DNA of 50,301 nt from Pseudomonadota bacterium (lineage in GTDB: Bacteria > Pseudomonadota > Alphaproteobacteria > Rhodobacterales > Rhodobacteraceae), in NCBI GenBank assembly GCA_039026175.1, contig JBCCMW010000001.1, positions 1 through 50,301 of the forward strand, given 5' to 3'. Below are positions 21,131 through 30,478 of the stretch, in pieces. Positions within the stretch are counted from its first letter, which is position 1, and each line of letters opens with the position of its first letter. Below the pieces are notes generated by a model, which made no database searches, had not been told where the DNA came from, and saw only the letters and a program-made list of their open reading frames with translations. A program made the position numbers and the translations under genes.

Positions 21131-21208
21131 GCGCCCGCGGTGTGGAGTGCGCGGGGGCGCCCGCGGTGTAGGGTGGGCGCGTGCGCCCGCGGTGTAGGGT
21201 GGGCGCCC
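21131..21208. repeat. Three tandem 26-nt intergenic repeats
   Basis: GCGCCCGCGGTGT(A/G)G(G/A)GTG... units start at 21131, 21157 and 21183. Confidence 0.75.
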
Positions 21209-21225
21209 GCGCCCAGCGGCGCGCG

Positions 21226-22263
21226 CTATTCGGCGTGCTTTTGCATCGCGGCGCGTGCGGCCTCGACCAAAGCGGCGCCGTCGAAGCCCTGATCGGCGCT
21301 GCCCTCAACCCACCGGTCGACCACCGGGGCCGAGCGCGCGTCGAACGCGGCCATCGCCTCGGGGCTCAGCGTCACGACCTCGCCGCCGCTCTCGCGCTGC
21401 AGCCGGTAGCCCGGTGCCTCGAACCCGTCCCACAGGACGCCTGCCTCGGTGGCGATGGCGATACCCGAATGGTCGTCGATGACCTGTTTCAGATCGTCCG
21501 GCAGGGCCTCGTAGCGGCCGCGGTTCATGGCACACCGGAACACCGCCGTACCACAACGCGCGCCATCCGGCCCTTCGACCGACACGCCGGTCAGCTCGTG
21601 CAGCTTCAGCGGGGCGATGATCTCGAACGGGACCAGCGCACCCGCCACCACGCCGCGGGCCAGCGCCTGGGGCAGCGCGGGCACCGGCATGCCCACGGGC
21701 TCGGCGCCCCAGGCTTCGATCAGCCAGGCGCCGGTGCGCGAAGGGGTGCGGAGCTTCAGATCGGCGATGTCCTCGGGCCCCGCGACCGCCGCATCGATCA
21801 AGTGCAGCGCATTGCCGGCATGCACGTGCACCAGGATCGGCTTCACGTCCTCGAAGTCGGCCGCCAGCATCGGCCAGATTTCCTGGATCGCCTGGTTGGT
21901 GACCTCGGCCGAGTTGAGGTGCACGCCCGGCAGCTCGAACACCTCGACGCGGGGGAACACGCCGGGGGTATAGCCGGGCAAGGTCCACACGATGTCGGCC
22001 ACGCCGTCGCGTACCTGCGAGTACAGCTCCGGGGGCTTGCCGCCCAGCGACATGGCCGGGAAGATCTCGATGTCGATGCGCCCGCCCGAGGCGGCCTCCA
22101 CCCGCTCGGCCCACGGCACCATAAAGCTCTTGTGCGTCGGTGCGTTGGGGCCAAGAAAATGATGCATCGACAGGGTCACCTCCTGCGCCGCAGCGGGCGC
22201 CGAGAGCAGGCCGGCGAGGGCCAGCGCGGCAAGGCCGCCGCGGCGGATGGCGTGATCGGTCAT
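21226..22263 (-). CDS. TRAP transporter substrate-binding protein (DctP family)
   Basis: Signal peptide ending in AAA-Q; HHFL, FPAMSLGGKPPELY, DGVADIVWTLPGYTPGVFP, LKLRTP. Confidence 0.92.
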   Translation of the reverse strand: MTDHAIRRGGLAALALAGLLSAPAAAQEVTLSMHHFLGPNAPTHKSFMVPWAERVEAASGGRIDIEIFPAMSLGGKPPELYSQVRDGVADIVWTLPGYTPGVFPRVEVFELPGVHLNSAEVTNQAIQEIWPMLAADFEDVKPILVHVHAGNALHLIDAAVAGPEDIADLKLRTPSRTGAWLIEAWGAEPVGMPVPALPQALARGVVAGALVPFEIIAPLKLHELTGVSVEGPDGARCGTAVFRCAMNRGRYEALPDDLKQVIDDHSGIAIATEAGVLWDGFEAPGYRLQRESGGEVVTLSPEAMAAFDARSAPVVDRWVEGSADQGFDGAALVEAARAAMQKHAE

Positions 22264-23639
22264 CGGGTTTCCTCCGTTTTCGTTGGCCGCCGCCCTTGTG
22301 GGGAGCGGGTCGGGTGGTCTGGGGTATCGGCAGCAAGGGCCGCGGCCACCAGCCGCTCAGCCTCGCCCACGTGGCTGGCGGGATCGGCAAAGGCGGCCCA
22401 GTCGATGCCAGGGTCCAGCGTGTCGGCCGCCATGCGGCGCAGCGCCTCGACCAGCGTCTCGTCCTCGCGCCGGGCGGCGAGGGCGCACTTGACCACCGCC
22501 TGGGCCGCCGTCAGGCCGATCGCGGGCGCCAGTGCGAAGGCCATCGCCTCGGCCAGCGGCGCGCCGCCCGCCAGACCCAGCGTCGCCGCCATCCGCGCCG
22601 GTCGCGGCTTCAACTGCTCGACCAGCGCCCCGGCGTGGCGCAGCGCCGTGGCCGCGGCATCCACCAGCGGCGGCAGCGCGATCCACTCCTGTGCCCAGGC
22701 GCCGATGTCGCGCTCCTCGGTGTGCATCACCGCCTCGTGCATCGGCCCGACCAGATGGGCGGCGTGGCGGCCGAGCGCGACCAGCGCCTCGGCCCGGGTC
22801 GGGTTCACCTTGTGCGGCATGGTCGACGAGCCGCCGCCCGGCAGCGCGATCTCGGCGATTTCGCTGCGGGCCAACAACGCGAGATCGGCGCCGATCCGCC
22901 CACAGGCCGCAGCCACCGTCGCGCACCACGAGGCCAGGGTCGCCAGCCCGTCCCGCTCGGTGTGCCAGGGTTTGGCCGGCGCGGCGAGCGACAGGCGCTG
23001 CGCCAGCGCCGCGGTCAGCGGGCCGCCGTGCCCGCCATAGGCCGCCAACGTGCCCGAGGCGCCGCCGAGCTGGACCAGCAGCACATCGTCCAGCACCGCC
23101 GGCAGGCGCCGGCGCGCCCGGACCAGCGGCCCCCGCCAGCCCGCCGCGCGCAGACCCAGCGTGGTCGGTGTGGCGACCTGCCCCCGGGTGCGCGCTGCCA
23201 TCGGCGTGGCGGCGTGGTTGCGCGCCAGGGTGCCGAGCGCCGCGATCACGGCCTCCAGATCGGCCGACACCAGCGCCAGCGCGTCGCGCAGCTGCAGCAC
23301 CAGCGCGGTGTCCATGATGTCCTGCGTCGTGGCGCCATAGTGCAGCCAGTCGCCATCGGGCCCCAGCGCGGCGCGCAGCGCCTGGACCAGCGGCGGCACC
23401 ACCACGCCCGCGGCGGCGGTGCCGTCGGCGAGCGCCGCCGGGAAGGGCACGAGCTGGGGCAGCCGCTCGGCGATCCGCGCCGCGGCCTCGGCCGGGATCA
23501 GGCCCACTTCGGCCTCGGCCAGCGCCAGCGCCACCTCGACCCGCACCATGGCGTCCAGACGCGCGGCGTCCGAGAAGCACGCCGCGATGGACGGGGTGCT
23601 CCACAGCGCCCCGTCGAGGGCCGAGGACATCGGCGTCAT
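22260..23639 (-). CDS. pcaB: 3-carboxy-cis,cis-muconate cycloisomerase
   Basis: HYGATTQDIMDT, GGSSTMPHKVNP fumarase/aspartase-family signature; context in the pca operon; start estimated. Confidence 0.9.
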   Translation of the reverse strand: MTPMSSALDGALWSTPSIAACFSDAARLDAMVRVEVALALAEAEVGLIPAEAAARIAERLPQLVPFPAALADGTAAAGVVVPPLVQALRAALGPDGDWLHYGATTQDIMDTALVLQLRDALALVSADLEAVIAALGTLARNHAATPMAARTRGQVATPTTLGLRAAGWRGPLVRARRRLPAVLDDVLLVQLGGASGTLAAYGGHGGPLTAALAQRLSLAAPAKPWHTERDGLATLASWCATVAAACGRIGADLALLARSEIAEIALPGGGSSTMPHKVNPTRAEALVALGRHAAHLVGPMHEAVMHTEERDIGAWAQEWIALPPLVDAAATALRHAGALVEQLKPRPARMAATLGLAGGAPLAEAMAFALAPAIGLTAAQAVVKCALAARREDETLVEALRRMAADTLDPGIDWAAFADPASHVGEAERLVAAALAADTPDHPTRSPQGRRPTKTEETR

Positions 23640-23670
23640 GGTGCGATCCGCTGCATGGCCCACATCGCGC

Positions 23671-24360
23671 TCAGACCTCCAGGAACACCGTCTCGCCCGG
23701 TCCCTGCAGGCGGATGGTGAAGCGGTAGACCCCATCGCCTTCAGCCCGGGCGAGCAGGGTGTCGCGCCGCGCGGGATCGATGCGGGCGAGGAACGGGCAG
23801 GCGGCGTTGGCCGCCTCCTCGTCGGCGAACAGCATCCTGGTGTGCAGGCCGATGTTGATGCCCCGCGCGACGATCCACAGCGCCAGGTGTGGCGCCATCG
23901 CCCCGCCTCCGGGCCCCGGCCCCCACCCCGACCGCAGCCCCGGCACCGGCACCGACCCAGGTCCCAGCCCCAGCCCCGGCACCGGCACCGGCACGGACCC
24001 GGGCTTGACGGTGCGGATGGTGAACAGGCCCGTCGCAAAGTCGGCGGCCACCCGGCCGTAACCGCGAAAGCCCGCCACCGTGCTGCCGCGCGGATCGGCG
24101 GCGCTGGCATAGCGGCCGTCGGGGTCGGCCTGCCAGCTCTCGACCACCGCATCGCGCACCGGCTCGCCGGCGCCGTCCAACACCATGCCCTGGACGCTGA
24201 TGCGCTGCCCCGGCGCGTCCGGCCCGGCGATGTCGGCGCCGATCTCGCCGCCGAACCCCTCGAACCCGGCCGCGCGCGGCATCAGGCCGATGTGCACATA
24301 GGGCCCGGCGGTCTGCGAGGGTGTCTGGCCGTGCGTGGCGGCGCCGAAGCGGTGGACCAT
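23671..24360 (-). CDS. pcaG: Protocatechuate 3,4-dioxygenase alpha subunit, with a low-complexity insertion
   Basis: TPSQTAGPYVHIGL, WQADPDG, TVKPG, APHLALWIVARGINIGLHTR, ETVF. Confidence 0.93.
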   Translation of the reverse strand: MVHRFGAATHGQTPSQTAGPYVHIGLMPRAAGFEGFGGEIGADIAGPDAPGQRISVQGMVLDGAGEPVRDAVVESWQADPDGRYASAADPRGSTVAGFRGYGRVAADFATGLFTIRTVKPGSVPVPVPGLGLGPGSVPVPGLRSGWGPGPGGGAMAPHLALWIVARGINIGLHTRMLFADEEAANAACPFLARIDPARRDTLLARAEGDGVYRFTIRLQGPGETVFLEV

Positions 24361-25106
24361 CACGTCCCCTCCATCCGGCTTTCGAACGGCGTGGCCCGCC
24401 GGCCGCGCAGCACGATGTCGAACCGGTACGCCAGCGCGTCCATCGGCACGGCGGCGTCCATGTCCAGCACCGCCGTCAGCCGCGCCACGGCGGCGGGATC
24501 GGCGATGCTGTCGACGATGGGGCAGAGCGGGATCAGCGGGTCGCCCTCGAAATAGAGCTGGGTGATCAGGCGCTCGGCGAACGCGGTGCCGAAAACCGAG
24601 AAGTGCACGTGCGCCGGGCGCCAACTGTTCGGCCCATTCGGCCATGGATAGGGCCCCGGGCGCACAGTGCGAAAGGCATAGCTGCCGTCAGCACCCGTCA
24701 GCGTGCGCCCGCAGCCGCCGAAATTGGGGTCCAGCGGGGCGAGGTAGCTGTCGTTGCGGTGGCGATAGCGCCCTGCGGCGTTGGCCTGCCAGATCTCGAC
24801 CAGCGTATCGGGCACCGCGCGCGCCATGCCGTCCAGCACCCGGCCGTGCAGCACGATGCGCTCGCCGATGGGATCGCCCTCGCCGTAGTTGACCAGCAGA
24901 TCGTCGTCGCCGGGCGCGATGTCGGCGTCGCCGAAGGCGGGACCCGTCAGCTCGGTCAGGGTGCCGGGCACCGCCACCAGCGGCCGCTGCGGCGCGCGCA
25001 GCACCGTGGTGCGATAGGCCGGCGTCAGCGCCGGCGGCTGCACGCCCCAGTCCGTGGGCAGCAGCGGCGCGGGCTGCACCGGCGCGTTGCGCAGCGGCGC
25101 GCTCAT
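24360..25106 (-). CDS. pcaH: Protocatechuate 3,4-dioxygenase beta subunit
   Basis: [43 protein letters not shown] with the Tyr/Tyr/His/His iron ligands. Confidence 0.96.
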   Translation of the reverse strand: MSAPLRNAPVQPAPLLPTDWGVQPPALTPAYRTTVLRAPQRPLVAVPGTLTELTGPAFGDADIAPGDDDLLVNYGEGDPIGERIVLHGRVLDGMARAVPDTLVEIWQANAAGRYRHRNDSYLAPLDPNFGGCGRTLTGADGSYAFRTVRPGPYPWPNGPNSWRPAHVHFSVFGTAFAERLITQLYFEGDPLIPLCPIVDSIADPAAVARLTAVLDMDAAVPMDALAYRFDIVLRGRRATPFESRMEGT

Positions 25107-25525
25107 GCCTGTGCCTCCCACAACCCGTCGGCCGCGGCGCCCTCGACGTCGACGCCGATCTCGGCCAGGGCGGCGCGGGCGACCTGGAAACCGCGGTTCG
25201 CCGCCGGCACCCCGGCATAGACGGCGACGTGCAGCAGCGCCTCGCGGATATCCTCAGGCGTGGCACCGGTGTTGCGCGTGGCCCGCACGTGCATCGCCAG
25301 CTCCTCCCAGTGGCCCAGTGCTGCCAACAGCGCGATCGTCATCATGCTGCGCTCGCGCAGCGGCAGCGTGTCCCGCGCCCAGACGCTGCCCCAGGCGCCG
25401 TCGGTGATAAAGCGCTGGAACGGCGCGTCGAACGGCTTGGTCTGCGCCGAGGCCCGGTCGACATGGTCGTCGCCCAGCACCCGGCGCCGGATCGCCATCC
25501 CCTTGTCGACCGTATCGTCCACCAT
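25103..25525 (-). CDS. pcaC: 4-carboxymuconolactone decarboxylase
   Basis: [42 protein letters not shown]. Confidence 0.94.
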   Translation of the reverse strand: MVDDTVDKGMAIRRRVLGDDHVDRASAQTKPFDAPFQRFITDGAWGSVWARDTLPLRERSMMTIALLAALGHWEELAMHVRATRNTGATPEDIREALLHVAVYAGVPAANRGFQVARAALAEIGVDVEGAAADGLWEAQA

Positions 25526-25650
25526 CGTCTTGCGTCGCCTGTCTGTGCCGGTCCGCGGTCACCCGGTCTTGCCGAGCGTATCGCCGAACCTTGGGCTGCG
25601 GTGATAGAGCGAGTTTACACTCGCATTCATGGCATTCCCGATATGATGGT

Positions 25651-25663
25651 TTCCATTATGGAA
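25651..25663. promoter_or_regulatory. LysR-type T-N11-A dyad, candidate PcaQ operator
   Basis: TTCCAT-T-ATGGAA perfect inverted repeat in the pcaC/pcaQ divergent region. Confidence 0.4.
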
Positions 25664-26593
25664 AGTATCGACGGTACGCTCGCGGGCCGGATCAAGCTGC
25701 GCCATATCCGCTGCTTTGCCGAGATCGCGCGGGCGCGCAGCCTGGCCGGGGCGGCCGAGCGGCTGGCGCTGAGCCAGCCGACGGTCTCGAAGACGCTGGC
25801 CGAGCTGGAGACGATCCTGGGCGCGCGGCTGGTCACCCGGTCGCGCCGGGGCGCCGAGCTCACCCATGCGGGCGCGGGGCTGCTGCCTCGGGTCGCCGCC
25901 GCGCTGACCGAGCTGGAGCGTGGGCTCGAGGGGCTGCGCGGGGCCGCCGGCCGCGAGCGGCTGCGCGTGGGCGTGCTGCCGACGGTTGCGGCGAGCATCG
26001 CGCCCCAGGCGATCCGCCGCTTTCACGCCGAGCGTCCCGAGGTCGTGGTGACGCTGGTGACCGGGCCCAACCTCTATCTGGTCGAGCGGCTGCGCGCCGG
26101 CGGTCTGGATCTGGTCGTCGGCCGGCTGGCCGTGCCCGACAAGATGAAGGGCCTGGCCTTTCAGCATCTCTACAGCGAACTCGTGCGCGCCGTCGTGCGC
26201 CCCGGGCACCCGCTGGTCGCGGCGGCACCGGGCGGCGCAACCCTGTGGCTCGGTGACTTCCCGCTGGTGCTGCCCGACCGCGACGCCGTGATCCGCCCGG
26301 CCGTCGACCGGCTGCTGATCACGCTGGGCGTGGGCGAGCCGATGCGACGGATCGAGAGCGTGTCCAACGCCTTCGGCCGCAACTTCGTACGCGACACCGA
26401 TGCGATCTGGCTGATCTCGGAGGGCGTCGTAGCGCGCGATCTGGCCGACGGCACGCTGGCCCGGCTGGAGATCGACACGGCCGAGACGCTGGGCCCGGTG
26501 GGACTGACGACCCGCGCGGGGGGCGAGGGCGAGCCTGCGGTCGCGCTCCGCCACTTTATGCGGATCATCGAGACGGTGTCCGAAAGCCGCTGA
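25658..26593 (+). CDS. pcaQ: LysR-family pca operon regulator
   Basis: RIKLRHIRCF HTH, LSQPTVSKTLAELE, LPTVAA, VVGRLA, LYSE, WLISEGVV; divergent from pcaC; start estimated (ATGs at 25643, 25646, 25658). Confidence 0.9.
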   Translation: MESIDGTLAGRIKLRHIRCFAEIARARSLAGAAERLALSQPTVSKTLAELETILGARLVTRSRRGAELTHAGAGLLPRVAAALTELERGLEGLRGAAGRERLRVGVLPTVAASIAPQAIRRFHAERPEVVVTLVTGPNLYLVERLRAGGLDLVVGRLAVPDKMKGLAFQHLYSELVRAVVRPGHPLVAAAPGGATLWLGDFPLVLPDRDAVIRPAVDRLLITLGVGEPMRRIESVSNAFGRNFVRDTDAIWLISEGVVARDLADGTLARLEIDTAETLGPVGLTTRAGGEGEPAVALRHFMRIIETVSESR

Positions 26594-26661
26594 CGCGCCG
26601 GCCGGCCCGGCGGGGCGGCGGCCACGGGGGCCGCCACCGGTTTTCGGGCGCGCTGCGCCGC

Positions 26662-28227
26662 TCAGATGTTGCCCTTCTTCAGCTCGCCGGCCAGGTGCTC
26701 GGCCTGCCGGATCGCCAGGGCGACGATGGTAAGCGTGGGGTTGGCCGCAGCACCCGTGGTCATGACCGACCCGTCCGAGATGAACAGGTTCGGCACATCG
26801 TGGGTACGGCCCCACTTGTCGACCACACCGTCCTCGGCCTGCGCGCTCATCCGGCAGGTCCCCAGATTGTGGGTCGACGGGTAAGGCGGCGTGCGGTGCG
26901 TGCCGATAGCGCCGACCGACGCGTACAGCGCCTCGGCCCTCTCGTAGGCATAGGTCCGCATCGCGACGTCGTTCGGGTGGTCGTCGAAGTGGACGTTGGG
27001 CGCCGGCATGCCCCACTGATCCACCGTGCTGTCGGACAGCGTCACCCGGTTCGTGGCCTGGGGCATATCCTCGCCCACGATCCACATCCCCGCCATGTTG
27101 GCGTAGTGGTCCATCATGTTGGCGAACTCGGGGCCCCACATGCCGGGCTCGATAAAGCTCGACAGGAACGCAGGCCCCAGCGACAGCGTCTCCATATAGT
27201 AGCCGCCGACGAAACCGCGCGCCGGGTTGTGGACGACCTCGTCCTTGATGATGCCGGCCATGGTCTCGCCCCGGTACATGCGCACGGGCTTGTCGAACCA
27301 CGCGTACATCGAGCCGGTGAGGTGGCGCATGTAGTTGCGGCCCACCTGGTCCGAGCTGTTGGCGAGCCCATTGGGGAACGCGGCGCTGTCGCTCATCAGC
27401 AGCAGGCGCGGCGTCTCGATCGAATTGCCGGCCACGCACACGACCTTGGCCGCCTGGCGGTGCAGGTTGCCCTCGGCATCGGCGTAGATCACCGCGTCGA
27501 CTTTGCCCGAGGCATCGTGGCTGATCCGCACGGCGTGGCTCTCGGACCGGAGGTCGCACAGGCCGCTGGCTACCGCGCGCGGGATCTCGCGCACCGCGGT
27601 GCTCCACTTCGAGGTATGCTTGTCGCCCTGGAAGTTGAAACCGTCCTGGATCGAGCCCGGCCGCCCGTCATAGGGCTCGGCGTTGGTGCCGTAGGGGCCG
27701 GTGGCGTAGCGCACATAGCCCACCCGCTCGGCCCCGTTGGCGAACACCTTGTAGTTATTGTTGGCCGGCAGGGGCGGGCGGCCGTGCACGTGGGTCGAGC
27801 CGATCGCCTTCTCGGCCGCGTCGTAGTACGGCGCCATGTCGGCCAGCGTGATCGGCCAGTCCATCAAGGTGGCACCCTCGACCGCGCCATAGGTCGACAG
27901 GGCCTGGAACTCGTAGTCCAAAAAGCGCGGCGTGGCGCCGGCCCAGTGGGTGGTGGTGCCGCCCACCGCCTTGACCAGCCAGGTCGGCAGGCCCGGGAAG
28001 TCCTTGGCCACGCGCCACGACCCGCTGGTCGTGCGCGCATCCAGCCAGGCCATCTGCCCGAACGCGGCCCACTCGTCGTTCTCGTAATCGTCGGGTTTCA
28101 GGAACGGGCCGGCCTCGAGCAACACACAGGGAATGCCGCGCTGGGTCAGCTCGTAGGCCATGGTGCCGCCACCGGCGCCCGACCCGATAATGACGACAGT
28201 CGCCTCGTCCTTTGCGATCTCGGTCAT
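26662..28227 (-). CDS. GMC family FAD oxidoreductase
   Basis: IIGSGAGGG, VGGTTTHWAG, ETPRLLLMS, VGRNYMRH, HNLGTCRM, NPTLT. Confidence 0.92.
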   Translation of the reverse strand: MTEIAKDEATVVIIGSGAGGGTMAYELTQRGIPCVLLEAGPFLKPDDYENDEWAAFGQMAWLDARTTSGSWRVAKDFPGLPTWLVKAVGGTTTHWAGATPRFLDYEFQALSTYGAVEGATLMDWPITLADMAPYYDAAEKAIGSTHVHGRPPLPANNNYKVFANGAERVGYVRYATGPYGTNAEPYDGRPGSIQDGFNFQGDKHTSKWSTAVREIPRAVASGLCDLRSESHAVRISHDASGKVDAVIYADAEGNLHRQAAKVVCVAGNSIETPRLLLMSDSAAFPNGLANSSDQVGRNYMRHLTGSMYAWFDKPVRMYRGETMAGIIKDEVVHNPARGFVGGYYMETLSLGPAFLSSFIEPGMWGPEFANMMDHYANMAGMWIVGEDMPQATNRVTLSDSTVDQWGMPAPNVHFDDHPNDVAMRTYAYERAEALYASVGAIGTHRTPPYPSTHNLGTCRMSAQAEDGVVDKWGRTHDVPNLFISDGSVMTTGAAANPTLTIVALAIRQAEHLAGELKKGNI

Positions 28228-28237
28228 GGGTCTCTCC

Positions 28238-28741
28238 TCAACGCTCGGTGATGCGCGGCTCGGGCAGCCAATCCAGGTCGTTGAACCCGCGATCGATGTA
28301 GCCGCCCTGGTCGTAGCTCGCGCCCTCGTAGCCGAGGACGTCCCAGACCTCGTGATCGTTGTAGAGAGCGACCACCGCGGTGCCCCGCACCATCTGGAAG
28401 AACGGCGTCGCCTCGATGGTCTTGAGGTGCGACAGCGCCGCGGCATCGTCCATGCCGGCAAAGCCTGCAGCCTCGAGGTCCTGCACGCCCTCGGCGAACA
28501 TCAGCGTCGCGCCGATCGACTTGCCGGCCGCCGCCCGCACGGCGTCGCAGGTCCGCTGGTACGGCGCGTCGCTGAACTTAGCGTGCGGGTACATCACCCG
28601 GACCATCCGCAGCAGCAGCGCCTTGCTTTCGGCATCGGCCTCCAGCCGGAGCGATGCCTTCACCGTGTTGGCCGTCATGGACGCGCCGATGACCGCCATC
28701 GAGGCCGTGCCCATCAGCATGAAGCGTCGGGTTATGACCAT
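28238..28741 (-). CDS. Tat-signal small subunit (gluconate 2-dehydrogenase subunit 3-like)
   Basis: N-terminal TRRFML plus a hydrophobic stretch; FFQMVRG..V..LY, VWDVLGYEG, GGY; directly upstream of the GMC gene. Confidence 0.78.
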   Translation of the reverse strand: MVITRRFMLMGTASMAVIGASMTANTVKASLRLEADAESKALLLRMVRVMYPHAKFSDAPYQRTCDAVRAAAGKSIGATLMFAEGVQDLEAAGFAGMDDAAALSHLKTIEATPFFQMVRGTAVVALYNDHEVWDVLGYEGASYDQGGYIDRGFNDLDWLPEPRITER

Positions 28742-28914
28742 CGTCTTCCTCCCTGGTTGTCGTCTTATGATTTCGGCAGGCCGGGCCGGCCGTCGGTCGC
28801 TGCATCGGGCGCGTGGTCCTCCTCTCGGGCGCATCGCGGTTGGGGGGCGGCGCAGCCGGCGACGCTCGGTCGGGTCGCTCGGCCGGGCCGGAGGGCAGAG
28901 AACGGGTCGCCGCG

Positions 28915-29310
28915 CTACCGGTAGCGGCCGTGACGCTGCAGGACCTCGATCTCGTAGCCGTCGGGGTCCTGGATGAAGAAGAACCGGGCGATCACCTCGC
29001 CACCGGGCGCGAAGTCGACCAGCCGACGGGGCGACAGGCCGGCCGCTGTCAGCCGCGCATGCTCGGCGTCCAGATCGTCGACGCAGAAGGCCAGATGACC
29101 GTAGCCATTGCCCAGATCGTAGGCGTGTTCCTGTCCCTTGTTGACCGTTAGCTCTAATTCGAAGTCAGCATCGGGATTGCGCAAGTAAATTAGGGCAAAG
29201 TTGTCAAAGTCGAACCGGTCGGCAACATCCAATCCAAAGGCGGTTTTGTAGAACTCGATCGAACGGGCAGCGTCGAGCACCCGGATCATCGAGTGGATGG
29301 CTTTGGCCAC
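28915..29310 (-). CDS. VOC family protein (lactoylglutathione lyase-like)
   Basis: IHSMIRV, FELELT, YDLGNGYGHLAF, DPDGYEIEV with His/Glu/His/Glu metal ligands; GTG start after a GGAGG RBS. Confidence 0.9.
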   Translation of the reverse strand: MAKAIHSMIRVLDAARSIEFYKTAFGLDVADRFDFDNFALIYLRNPDADFELELTVNKGQEHAYDLGNGYGHLAFCVDDLDAEHARLTAAGLSPRRLVDFAPGGEVIARFFFIQDPDGYEIEVLQRHGRYR

Positions 29311-29552
29311 GGTTCCCTCCCGCGTGGTCTGTCGTTAGCCCATTATGCAGGAGCATTACCGCTACGTGAACCCTTCACCGCATCATGAAATTCAGTATCA
29401 CCGATGCACCGATGGCGCGGTCGGCCCCGCCAGTCCGGGATCCCTCGCCGCCGTTAGCGAGACGGAAACCGCGGCCCCGGTATAGTCGCCCGCGGGCCCG
29501 TGCCGCAGCGCAGGGCACGCCGATGCAACAGCGGGGACTGGCGGGACGGGAT

Positions 29553-29981
29553 ATGGCGCCGACGCCCGAGGATATCGCCATCATCCGCGCCACCTGGGCC
29601 CGGTGCGCGCCGGTGGCCCCGATGGCCGCGCGTCTGTTCTACGGTCGGCTGTTCCGTATCGCGCCGGAGACGCGCGCGCTGTTCGCCGAGGACATCAAGG
29701 CCCAAGGCGCCAAGCTGACGGCGACGCTGGGCTTTGTCGTCGACCACCTGGACAGGGCCGAGACGCTGGCCCCCGCCGCGCGCGACCTGGCGGTGCGCCA
29801 TGTCGACTACAACGTGACGGCGGCCCAGTACGCGCCGGTGGGCGAGGCGCTGATCTGGGCGCTGAAGGAACTGCTGGGCCGCGCGTTCGGCGCGCGCGAG
29901 AGGGCGGCGTGGCTGGCGGCCTATACCGCGCTCTCGACCATGATGATCGAGGCTGCCTACGGCCCGTCGGGAGAGCGATAG
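29553..29981 (+). CDS. Single-domain globin (flavohemoglobin globin-domain type)
   Basis: LFYGRLF (TyrB10), PETRALF (CD1), AQGAKL (GlnE7), LAVRHVDY (HisF8), YAPVGEALIWAL, AW..AY. Confidence 0.9.
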   Translation: MAPTPEDIAIIRATWARCAPVAPMAARLFYGRLFRIAPETRALFAEDIKAQGAKLTATLGFVVDHLDRAETLAPAARDLAVRHVDYNVTAAQYAPVGEALIWALKELLGRAFGARERAAWLAAYTALSTMMIEAAYGPSGER

Positions 29982-30478
29982 AGCGGCAGGCACAGATCCG
30001 CGCCGTTCGGGTTTTGGCAAGACGCCCGGCCGGTCATCCGGGCGGCACGCCGCAGGTCCAGACCGCAGGCAACAAACCCTGGCCGCCGACAGCGTGGCGG
30101 CATCGTCGCCGTCCTGCGCCGCAGCGCACACCCGATGCGCATTGACCAAGGCGGCGGTTCCGCGCCGGCGCGCCCAGCGACGCACACAGCGCGCTACCGG
30201 TCGCGGCGCCCGGGATCTGACAGCCAAAATGACTCGATTTTCCAGTCGATTGCATCGTACGGTCCTCGGATCTTCCGGTCACAGTCCAGCGGACCAACGA
30301 TAGGGCGGTGCAGACGGCGAACATGGCAACCCGACAGCGAAACGGCCTCGCCAGGGGGTAGACGACCGGCTGGCGGCACCCGCGCCGCCTATCCTTCCGT
30401 ATAGTCCGCCTCACCGGACGCGCGCTCTGCCGCCCCCCGTCGCCGTGGTATCGGCCCCGGAACAGGTGGAGGGATCCG

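Noticed and set aside
29982-30478. Small ORFs or an RNA in the globin-FIST gap
   Set aside because: The candidate ORFs lack an RBS and protein-like composition, and I recognise no RNA motif.
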